This document shows, piece after piece, positions 54,928 through 62,766 of a DNA stretch of 64,000 bases. Below the pieces are notes generated by a model. It worked only from the letters and a program-made list of their open reading frames with translations, was not told the origin of the DNA and ran no database searches. The number at the start of each line of letters is the position of its first letter. Position 1 is the stretch's first letter. The position numbers were made by a program, and so were the translations under genes. Origin of the DNA: a virus; the IMG/VR virus record IMGVR_UViG_3300043395_003024, positions 81,205-145,204 of that record; one strand, written 5' to 3'.

Positions 54928-55098
54928 ATGCGAAAGCGCAAGCACATAGCCCAACCGAAATGGTCAGACGACGAGCGTCAATCGTTCGCCGATGGCGTGC
55001 GCATGCGAGCAAGCACCGTGCCCGACGCACGCAAGGCACAGAGCAAAGAGGCGTGTCGTCATGCGTACCGTCATGCGAGTGCGAGCGAGGGCGAGTAG
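54928..55098 (+). CDS. Small basic protein, 56 aa
   Basis: Leaderless TACACT-7 nt-ATG; MRKRKHIAQPKWSDDERQSFADG. Confidence 0.6.
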   Translation: MRKRKHIAQPKWSDDERQSFADGVRMRASTVPDARKAQSKEACRHAYRHASASEGE

Positions 55099-55637
55099 CA
55101 CGCACGCACCGACGCATCACGCCGAGAGGCGCGCGAGGTATGACGAGGGGCGACGAGGTGTAGGTAAGGCGAAGCGAATCGCTAGGTGCCACGGGTAGTG
55201 TGGCACATCACTAGACACGCCCGATAGAGAGCAATACCATGACCCCCATGACTAGGCATGTGATGGCAATGGTCAGCGCAACAGGTTCGAGCCCAATGCC
55301 ATCGACCCATCTCGACCACCTCACCCATTGACCCTCGCACCATTGGCACCATGATGACCACCCTCTCATCAGAGGTGAGCGAGAGCGTGAAGGTTTGCGA
55401 GGTGCCACGGGTGTCATACGGGTAACCCTACCCTCACGCATACACCTAGCCACCATGTATCACATGTCTAGCCCTATGTGTGTGGCTACCCATTGACATG
55501 CTGTCGCCATGACCGAGTGCCTACCCCATTGAGTATCCCGCCTATGACCCACTCCCACCCCTACCCCCTATTGACACATTGACCCAATGTCATCACACCC
55601 ACTTGACATGTACCACCCCTCATGTAGTGTCGTACCC

Positions 55638-55847
55638 ATGAACACATCAGACCTACTGACCTCATCCATCAACGACCTCTCATCAGAGGGGACAGTCACT
55701 CATGTCAATGCCATTGGAGATGACGTGGAGGTGTGGTTGTCCGTGCCCACTGACGAGGGGACACGACACATCATCAGACGCATCCCATGTCAGACCCCCG
55801 AGCAGGCGCAGAGTGTTGCGCGACTGTGGAAGGCTGTATGGTATTGA
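55638..55847 (+). CDS. Hypothetical protein
   Basis: TTGACA-16-TAGTGT-7 nt-ATG leaderless promoter. Confidence 0.65.
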   Translation: MNTSDLLTSSINDLSSEGTVTHVNAIGDDVEVWLSVPTDEGTRHIIRRIPCQTPEQAQSVARLWKAVWY

Positions 55848-55849
55848 GC

Positions 55850-56023
55850 ATGGACACATACCGAATCACCGTGTCAGTGCGTAAGCGCAATGACCTAGAA
55901 GCACCCAACAACATTGACGAAGCACTAGTCATGGTGCGTCAGCTGCTTACAAGGGGCTCCATGATTGACCTCATTGACATCGAGCCAGAGGACAAGCAGA
56001 CCAAAGAGGTGAAGTGGGGGTAG
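55850..56023 (+). CDS. Hypothetical protein
   Basis: Starts 2 nt after the previous stop. Confidence 0.55.
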   Translation: MDTYRITVSVRKRNDLEAPNNIDEALVMVRQLLTRGSMIDLIDIEPEDKQTKEVKWG

Positions 56024-56059
56024 AGGGCGCGCTCACCTAGTGAGTGATACCCTTGCCCT

Positions 56060-56425
56060 ATGTCAGGCATCTATGTACCACGACGCAAGGTACATCAAGC
56101 GATTCGTGTGTCATGTCTGACCAATGACTACCTCACTGACGAGGGCGAACTAGAACAGATGCTCGCATGTGCCATGTTCATGACGAAGGTGTTTCAGGCG
56201 TGCCGTGACGCAGGCGTGACGACGCGCAGTGCCACGGGTAGTGAGGTGAACCTAGTGTCCCTGATGATAGAGACCGAGATGGAACTAGGTATCTATCGTT
56301 CGCCTGCCGACCTTGACATGCTCAACAGGTTCCACCGCTATCAGGTGGAGTGGGAGACGACACGACGCAGGCGATACTGCTATGCCGTCATGTACCGCAT
56401 GACATCAGGTGTCATCGTTCAGTAG
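56060..56425 (+). CDS. Hypothetical protein
   Basis: TGA-TACCCT-6 nt-ATG. Confidence 0.6.
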   Translation: MSGIYVPRRKVHQAIRVSCLTNDYLTDEGELEQMLACAMFMTKVFQACRDAGVTTRSATGSEVNLVSLMIETEMELGIYRSPADLDMLNRFHRYQVEWETTRRRRYCYAVMYRMTSGVIVQ

Positions 56426-56485
56426 CCCAACCCACCCGAAGGCGCAGGTGCCACGGGTGCCCTACGGGTAGTGGTGTAGGTAGGT

Positions 56486-56512
56486 GGAAGTCTGTCCCCG
56501 TGATAGTACGCT
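56486..56512 (+). promoter_or_regulatory. Island promoter 1: GGAAGTCTGTCC-N9-TACGCT
   Basis: One of five aligned copies; ATG 7 nt downstream. Confidence 0.75.
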
Positions 56513-56519
56513 CATGTCC

Positions 56520-57005
56520 ATGAGTGACACATCAGAGACAAGCACCACCCCCGAGTTCACACCGTTCTTCCGTCAGTACAAGCACGCAACATGCTCTGCC
56601 TGTCGTGGAAGTTTCGTGTGTACCCAGCAAGAGCACTACCCCGACAACGGTTGGGTGTTGCCGTTCGACACATTCGGCTACTACGGCGGATTCGATGACA
56701 ATGTTGGCGTTCTCACAGGGAGCCGTCGCAGTCGTGAGTGGATTCTCTGCCATGACTGTGTTGTGAAGTTCCTTGACACATTCCCCCTGCTCGCACAGGA
56801 CATTGGTCAGAACTGCCATCCAGCAGGACGCGATGACACATTGCCATGCTGTCGTCACGCTTGGCAAGGGACAGACATCTTTGGCAAGAACATCGACGGT
56901 GTTCACACTCGCACCGCATGGCCTGACGGACTGTGGCATGACGATGAGCCACACAACCCCTATGCTCGTCATGACGAAAGGAAGCACGATGCCACTCAAC
57001 CTTGA
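56520..57005 (+). CDS. Cys-rich hypothetical protein
   Basis: CSAC..GYYGGFDD..LCHDC. Confidence 0.7.
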   Translation: MSDTSETSTTPEFTPFFRQYKHATCSACRGSFVCTQQEHYPDNGWVLPFDTFGYYGGFDDNVGVLTGSRRSREWILCHDCVVKFLDTFPLLAQDIGQNCHPAGRDDTLPCCRHAWQGTDIFGKNIDGVHTRTAWPDGLWHDDEPHNPYARHDERKHDATQP

Positions 57006-57246
57006 CCTGACCCTCGCCGACTGGCTCGTCTGCCAGTGCGGTAACGAACCCGACCTCGACGGTTTCTTCACCTGTTCACCAACAGGCACTATGGTTTCGC
57101 CAGAGGCCACGGGTAGTTGGGATGGACATTCGTACCTCTGCTTGCGGTGCGGTGCCATCTATGACATCACCACGTTCGAGCAGACAGGAGAGGCGACCAC
57201 GGAAGTGATGCGCGCGAACTACCTACGAGGCGATGCCGAGGTGTAG
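56989..57246 (+). CDS. Zinc-ribbon hypothetical protein
   Basis: GAAAGGA RBS; CQCGN..DGF..CLRCG. Confidence 0.65.
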   Translation: MPLNLDLTLADWLVCQCGNEPDLDGFFTCSPTGTMVSPEATGSWDGHSYLCLRCGAIYDITTFEQTGEATTEVMRANYLRGDAEV

Positions 57247-57373
57247 GTAACACCTAACGCAGCCGAACATCTCTGTATCGGAACACCAACAACTGCGGGG
57301 CTCCCACCGGAACGCACACACACGCCACCTGTATGGCACGGGGTTGGATAGCAGGTAGGTGTAGGTAAGTTGC

Positions 57374-57400
57374 GGAAGTCTGTCCCGTGCGTGGTACGCT
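57374..57400 (+). promoter_or_regulatory. Island promoter 2: GGAAGTCTGTCC-N9-TACGCT
   Basis: Aligned copy with TGG extension. Confidence 0.75.
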
Positions 57401-57433
57401 TCGTGTTGCCAACATCTACGGAAAGGGATTCAC

Positions 57434-57748
57434 ATGGCAAGCATTATCAACACTCTTGACCGCGCAGACGCACGGGTCACAAACTGGTTGGATGACAAGT
57501 ATCCGACATTCATCTACCGATACGTCGTCGGTATGTTCACATTCGCACTGCTCACGGGTGTGTTCGCTATCGCTAAGGCGTACATCACGCGCAACGCGTT
57601 TGACCTGTTCTTCGGAATCCTGCTGACAGTTGGTTCGGCTATCGGCGGAACGCTCGCAACCTTGTGGGCGTGTAACGCAATCGCTTCGCTTCGTGACAAG
57701 GGGCGACGCGTTCACCCGTCATACCCCTACAAAGGTGTAGGTAAGTGA
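57434..57748 (+). CDS. Two-TM membrane protein
   Basis: GAAAGGGA RBS; two hydrophobic helices. Confidence 0.7.
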   Translation: MASIINTLDRADARVTNWLDDKYPTFIYRYVVGMFTFALLTGVFAIAKAYITRNAFDLFFGILLTVGSAIGGTLATLWACNAIASLRDKGRRVHPSYPYKGVGK

Positions 57749-57749
57749 C

Positions 57750-58454
57750 ATGGACACGCTGACACGCACACGCGAGGTCATCGCGGAAATGCTCACGGAG
57801 AACACGGGTCGTCACATACTGGACAGTGGCGGTGCGTATGGGCGACACTGGGAACGCAACGCAGGGCGCACACTCGCAGAGTGGAACGCGCAACCGCGCG
57901 CATGGGCTGACCGTTGGGGCGTGACGCTCTCGGTCTATCACTATCTCGCAGAACGCTTGGAGTACGCGCCGACACTTGACGCAGAGTTCCGCGCTTTCTG
58001 TTCGGAGAATCCCGATGACGGTTGGCTCTCGCTCGCGGAGTCGTTCGCGTTCGAGAAGGATGCCAGCGCGCACACATGGAACACCTACAACGGTGAGGAC
58101 TCGCTCGCGCAGACGCTACAAGGCGTGACATTCTCCCATGACGGGGAAGTGTTCACCCTCTTACAGATTCACGGGGGGTGCGATGTTCGCGGTGGCTACA
58201 CATCACCGCGCGCGTTCCGTGTCACGGTAGACATGGCAGAGTCGTTCCCGTACGACAATGCGAACTACTCGCTCGTGTGTCTGAACGATGAAGAACACTC
58301 GGTGGAGTGCGTCTACGGAGAGTTGCTCTCACTCGTTCACGGGTTCTCCCTCGCAGATGATGAGAAACCGCTATTCGGAGAGAAGGACTCTGACGCCCCA
58401 CTCTGTTGCGTGTGTCGCACCGCGATGACGGTAGACGCGCCGTACGCATACTGA
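57750..58454 (+). CDS. Conserved-looking phage hypothetical protein
   Basis: MLTENTG..LDSGGAYGRHW..LQIHGGCDVRGGYT. Confidence 0.75.
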   Translation: MDTLTRTREVIAEMLTENTGRHILDSGGAYGRHWERNAGRTLAEWNAQPRAWADRWGVTLSVYHYLAERLEYAPTLDAEFRAFCSENPDDGWLSLAESFAFEKDASAHTWNTYNGEDSLAQTLQGVTFSHDGEVFTLLQIHGGCDVRGGYTSPRAFRVTVDMAESFPYDNANYSLVCLNDEEHSVECVYGELLSLVHGFSLADDEKPLFGEKDSDAPLCCVCRTAMTVDAPYAY

Positions 58455-58634
58455 CTCGGTACACGACGCGCACCGTGTCGGCACTCATCTACTTAGGTGT
58501 AGGTAAGTGTCGGCACGGTGTTTCGCGCTTACCTACACACATTCCGCGCGACACTCACCATCGGAGTTGAGGACAACCGAACGCAGTGAGGGCGTCAGGA
58601 GCGGGGCTCCTGCCATAGCGCACAACACCACTCG

Positions 58635-58661
58635 GGAAGTCTGTCCGATGTGTGGTACTGT
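58635..58661 (+). promoter_or_regulatory. Island promoter 3: GGAAGTCTGTCC-N9-TACTGT
   Basis: Aligned copy. Confidence 0.75.
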
Positions 58662-58691
58662 GTGGCCGTTGCCGAACGAAAGGGGTTCACA

Positions 58692-58883
58692 GTGGCATCA
58701 ACAACATTCATCATCAAGCGCGTGGCGCGTCTCACGGGTGGCGGTATCAGCCGTACCGTTCTCAATGAGACGTTCGCTTCCAAGCGCGACGCAGAGAAGT
58801 TCCTCGGCCTCGCGCTCTACTTCCCTGCCCCGAACATCGGAGAGGACACGGTGGAATACTCCATCGTCGCACAGCGCGCCTGA
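58692..58883 (+). CDS. Small hypothetical protein, 63 aa
   Basis: GAAAGGGG RBS then GTG; leader resembles that of 57434. Confidence 0.6.
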   Translation: MASTTFIIKRVARLTGGGISRTVLNETFASKRDAEKFLGLALYFPAPNIGEDTVEYSIVAQRA

Positions 58884-58948
58884 CACCGCTTCGGACTTAC
58901 CTACACCTAGTAGCGCGCCTGCTACGGGTGTAGGTAAGGCCACGGGTG

Positions 58949-60151
58949 CTAGCGGTCTACCTTGATGACGCGAGGCCGTGCGGTCACTTCATCGCCAGCG
59001 TTGCCACCGCGACGGTGTGCGCGAATCCACTTCGCACGGTGTTGCTTCTGCGACGGATACCACTGGTTGCGCCAGTGGCCACGGACAAGGTGCGCGAGTG
59101 TCACCTTGTTACCTACACCTGTTCCATCGCTCTCATCGTCAAGCGCGCGACGCAGGGAGAGAATCGTCACGTTCCGTAGGTCACCACCGCGACCCACACG
59201 CGAGGCACGACGGCCGTGCGCGCGATGGAGAGGGGACTTACCTACATCTACATACTCTTCCATGAGACGGAACAGAGCGACGAGAAAGCGACGAACGGTG
59301 TTCTTCCTGTCAAGCGACGCGGAGAGCATCTCATCGGTCACGCGGTCTTTCTCGTAGTAGTCCTTCTCCTCGCGCAGTCCATCTTCGTCGTAGAAGAACG
59401 CGTAGATGTCCATCAGTCGCAGGTCGCGACCCATCTCGGGAATCTCCACCGTCAGGCCGTCTACGGTCGTTCCAGTCATCGTGCCGTACACGCGAACATA
59501 CACGCCCTTCTCCGCATCGGATGCGAAGAGCAACTTCTCGGCCAGCGCGTACTCGGCCGACTTGCGCCCAAACCTCTTCTCAACATCGGCCAGCGCGTCG
59601 GGCTTGATGCTGTCAATGTCTCCCCATGCGAACGCGCGAACATCCCAATGCTCTGCGCCGACGTAATCGCCGAACTCGTCGGGTGCGGTGTTGAGTCGCG
59701 TTCCCTTCACGCTTCCACCTCGCGCGACGATGAGGTCAAGCAGTGAGTCGTATTCGTGCGCCTTCATACGCGAGAGAACATCCATCGTGATGGGTGTCTC
59801 CATGACGACGAATCCGCACGGTGTGTAAATGTCCGTCGCGAACAGAACCTCGTCGGGCATCGTGGCCTCGGCCGTGTTCACCAACTCGCGCAGGTCGTCG
59901 GTCAGGAACACGGTGTCGGCACGGGTGAGTATCGCGTCGTCAAGTGTGCGCGAGACTTCGTGATACGCGTGGCTCTCCTTCATTGCGGATTCCAACGTCG
60001 CGCGCGAGAGCGTGTCGTCCACGGGTGCGCCCACGAACGCGCGGTAGTAGCCGTGGTGTAGCAGGCGGTCGGCCGTGGGGTGGCCGTTGCGGAACTCAAC
60101 CAACTTCGTGTGGAGGTCAAAGGCGAGTGAGGCAGACGAGATTTCTTCCAT
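58949..60151 (-). CDS. Phage protein with C-terminal HxVRGHWR motif
   Basis: 400 aa; HLVRGHWRNQW..WI..H.RG; leaderless. Confidence 0.8.
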   Translation of the reverse strand: MEEISSASLAFDLHTKLVEFRNGHPTADRLLHHGYYRAFVGAPVDDTLSRATLESAMKESHAYHEVSRTLDDAILTRADTVFLTDDLRELVNTAEATMPDEVLFATDIYTPCGFVVMETPITMDVLSRMKAHEYDSLLDLIVARGGSVKGTRLNTAPDEFGDYVGAEHWDVRAFAWGDIDSIKPDALADVEKRFGRKSAEYALAEKLLFASDAEKGVYVRVYGTMTGTTVDGLTVEIPEMGRDLRLMDIYAFFYDEDGLREEKDYYEKDRVTDEMLSASLDRKNTVRRFLVALFRLMEEYVDVGKSPLHRAHGRRASRVGRGGDLRNVTILSLRRALDDESDGTGVGNKVTLAHLVRGHWRNQWYPSQKQHRAKWIRAHRRGGNAGDEVTARPRVIKVDR

Positions 60152-60157
60152 GCCCCG

Positions 60158-60184
60158 AATGTACCACCAGCAGGACAGACTTCC
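60158..60184 (-). promoter_or_regulatory. Island promoter 4: GGAAGTCTGTCC-N9-TACATT
   Basis: ATG 6 nt downstream. Confidence 0.75.
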
Positions 60185-60432
60185 AACTCCGCTACCTGCC
60201 GTTCACACCCGTGCGCGCAGGCCGTGCCTGCCCTCCCTCCGGGAGCCCCGTTTCGCTTCTTGTCGCTCCCGCCTCGCTTCGCTCGTTGGGCTGGCGCACC
60301 GTGCTTCGCACGGTTTGCCCTCTGCCTGTGTGGCGTGGGTTGCCGTGGGTGTTCGGGCGTGTGGCGTGGCGTGTGGTTGTGCGCCTGTGGTGGGTGTGGT
60401 TCCCCTCTTTCGGGGTTACCTACACCTTCCCG

Positions 60433-60993
60433 TCACCAGTCCCTGTGTTCGGTCGGGTTCTCGTTCTCCCGAATCTGTGCGTCGTACGCCAGCCAGCCTC
60501 GGGTCGTCTCGTACGCCTCCAATGCCTGCCACTCGTCCCACGAGATGCTTCCGCAGTAGGTCGTGGGCGAGAGCGAGTAGTCGCTGATGCCGTGGCGGTC
60601 GTCAGAGCCTTCCAGCCTCTCTCGGGTGAGCAGGACTCCGACGACGATGCGGTCGCCCTTCTTCGCCTCCGTCTCGGGGAGGGTCAGGGTGACTTCTGCG
60701 CCAGCACCGTGCCAGCCCCAGTCGTCGTACGGGAACTCGTCCACGAGGCAGGTGGCGCACTCGCAGGCGAGCGTGTTCGTCCACTCGCCGTTCTCGTCGC
60801 ACGGCACGGGCTTGCCCTCGTACAGGCACGGGGTGTCCAGCACCAGCGCACGGGCGGTGTTGCGGTCCCACCAGTCGGGGCGGAACCAGCCCGTGACGGA
60901 CTCGCCGTCCACGCTGTCCACCGTGAGGACGACCTCACCCTCGTACAGGACGCGCCCGTCCCTCAACTCGCACTCCGTCTCAATCCTGAGCAT
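60433..60993 (-). CDS. Acidic hypothetical protein
   Basis: GAAAGGGGAG RBS before ATG 60993; CECATC. Confidence 0.65.
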   Translation of the reverse strand: MLRIETECELRDGRVLYEGEVVLTVDSVDGESVTGWFRPDWWDRNTARALVLDTPCLYEGKPVPCDENGEWTNTLACECATCLVDEFPYDDWGWHGAGAEVTLTLPETEAKKGDRIVVGVLLTRERLEGSDDRHGISDYSLSPTTYCGSISWDEWQALEAYETTRGWLAYDAQIRENENPTEHRDW

Positions 60994-61036
60994 GGCTCCC
61001 CTTTCGTCGGGGGAGACCGTCCCCCCCGACACCGCC

Positions 61037-61063
61037 AGCGTACCACGGGTGGGGCAGGCTTCC
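61037..61063 (-). promoter_or_regulatory. Island promoter 5: GGAAGCCTGCCC-N9-TACGCT
   Basis: Variant copy with identical spacing. Confidence 0.7.
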
Positions 61064-61192
61064 CGTTGTGGCTTACCTACACCGTACCTGCCGTGCCTCC
61101 CCGTTGCGTGGGGGCGCGTGGGGGTCTTCTCCCTGCGGGAGCCCCGCTATCTCCGGCATGACCTACCTACACCTTCCCCTACGGACAGCACC

Positions 61193-61209
61193 TTTCAGAT
61201 AGATTTATC
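61193..61209. repeat. 17-bp repeat, right copy (TTTCAGATAGATTTATC)
   Basis: 16/17 match to 53756-53772. Confidence 0.6.
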
Positions 61210-61234
61210 TACGAGATAGAGAGACGGAGACACA

Positions 61235-62260
61235 ATGGCTCACCAACTAGAAATCAACGAAGATGGCACAGTGCGCATGGCGTATGCGGATAGAGAAATC
61301 CCGTGGCACAGACTCGGGAAACCCATGAAAGGGCTACAAACCGCAGAGGCAATGCTCAATGCGGCGCAAGCTGATTTTGATGTGGTGACGACACGAGTCG
61401 CCGTGTGTGACGACAACGGTGAACCAATCCGTCAGCCTGACGGAACACCGATTCTCGTTCCCGATTCACGGGCAACAGTACGAGTGAACGCAGACGGTTC
61501 GTTCGACGGACTCGCTACTGTCGGCACACGCTATGTCGTTCAGCAAAACAAGGAATGTCTTGACTATGCGCTCGACATCGTTGGTGCGTCAGGCGGTGAC
61601 GCAGTTGTGGACACTTGTGGAGTTCTACACAGTGGGCGTGAGTTTTTCGCATCTATTGACATGGGTGCGCTCGTTATTGACCCGTATGGAATCAACGACT
61701 CAATCGAGCGTTATCTGCTCGTTCACAACGGACATGACGGAAAGACGGCAATCACATTCGCAAACACGAGTATTCGTGCCGTGTGTAAGAACACTGTAAT
61801 CGCAGGCGTTTCATCTGCTAAGCGAGTATTCACTGCTCGTCACACACGAAACGCAGACAGAGCAATCGAGCAAGCGAATGAAGTTCTCAACATTTCGAGC
61901 GCATGGGCTCGTGAGTTCGCACGAACGGCAGAACAACTGTTGTCAATCAAAGTTCCTGCGTCATCTCCGATTCTCGACAAGACACTTGACGCAGTGTTTC
62001 CGTTAGCAAAAGACGCAACAGAGCGTCAGCAAAAGAACCGTGAAGAAGTAGTCGCGCTCGTTCGTGCTGTGTACGCAAACGACAACAATGCGAAGAACTA
62101 CGGGTACAACGGCTGGTCGCTCGTCAATGCTGTCGGCGAGTATCTCGACCACTATCGTGACGCAACACTGACAGAACGAGCACTTGCGTCTATGAGTGCG
62201 AACTCGTGGGTATCAAGAGCAAAGGTAAAGGCGCAGGACTATCTCTTGTCAGCAGTATGA
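61235..62260 (+). CDS. DUF932 (LGT_TIGR03299-like) phage/plasmid protein
   Basis: MAH..PWHRLG..Y..QN..HDG..IRAVCKNT..RHT..W..NAV.EY.DH. Confidence 0.88.
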   Translation: MAHQLEINEDGTVRMAYADREIPWHRLGKPMKGLQTAEAMLNAAQADFDVVTTRVAVCDDNGEPIRQPDGTPILVPDSRATVRVNADGSFDGLATVGTRYVVQQNKECLDYALDIVGASGGDAVVDTCGVLHSGREFFASIDMGALVIDPYGINDSIERYLLVHNGHDGKTAITFANTSIRAVCKNTVIAGVSSAKRVFTARHTRNADRAIEQANEVLNISSAWAREFARTAEQLLSIKVPASSPILDKTLDAVFPLAKDATERQQKNREEVVALVRAVYANDNNAKNYGYNGWSLVNAVGEYLDHYRDATLTERALASMSANSWVSRAKVKAQDYLLSAV

Positions 62261-62313
62261 TGTCCACTGCTGTTATCATTTGTGTACAGTTCTAGCAGTG
62301 AGGGAGAGACGTC

Positions 62314-62766
62314 ATGAACGATGACGGAGATGACGAAGATTTCATCGACTCTGCCTATGACGACGGACAAGAGCGTTCGAGCGCAGAACTAGCAGTATGG
62401 CTATCAGAGTTCATGTCGCAGTCACAGAAGGCACAAAGGTTGTACAGAAGTCACTTTTGTAACATCGTTGTCAATCGACTCTACGATGAGTTTGGTGTCG
62501 AGGGAATGTGCGAGTTGATGATGGCTATTGACAACCGTGCTGGCTGGATTTCCGACATTCTCATCGAGGACACAGAACTACATGACGCACTGTTTAACAT
62601 TCATGGCGTGTTCGATGATGACGCAATCATCAAAGCTCGCATGAGCAAGGAACTAATCGAGATGAATCGCAAGATTTGGCGTCTGCGTCGCAAGTACGCC
62701 AAGTTGATTGCTCAGGAAATCATCACTGGTATCGAGACGGAAGATACGACACAGACAAACGACTAG
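62314..62766 (+). CDS. Hypothetical protein
   Basis: 150 aa, GAGGGAG RBS. Confidence 0.7.
   Translation: MNDDGDDEDFIDSAYDDGQERSSAELAVWLSEFMSQSQKAQRLYRSHFCNIVVNRLYDEFGVEGMCELMMAIDNRAGWISDILIEDTELHDALFNIHGVFDDDAIIKARMSKELIEMNRKIWRLRRKYAKLIAQEIITGIETEDTTQTND

Larger units (their letters stand above)
55157..61173. repeat. Dispersed asymmetric 12-mer GGTGTAGGTAAG, 14 copies
   Basis: Plus: 55157, 56473, 57240, 57358, 57734, 58496, 58927. Minus: 58528, 58896, 59108, 59237, 60415, 61072, 61162. At most 1 mismatch each. Confidence 0.9.

Noticed and set aside
54417-55198. Overlapping C/V/R/T/H-rich ORFs in the ORF track
   Set aside because: Products of dinucleotide repeats lacking stop codons; only 54928-55098 has a promoter and non-repetitive sequence.
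55211-55456. 81-aa minus-strand ORF with hydrophobic C-terminus
   Set aside because: Possible but without a clear RBS or promoter, and it lies in biased sequence; not supported enough to list.
55157-61173. CRISPR array or integron attC reading of the 12-mer repeats
   Set aside because: Too short, irregularly spaced, in both orientations and partly inside genes; no cas or integrase gene in the window.
59944-61219. Long plus-strand ORFs (405, 210 and 170 aa)
   Set aside because: GC-rich shadow frames opposite minus-strand genes that have promoters and RBS or leaderless starts.
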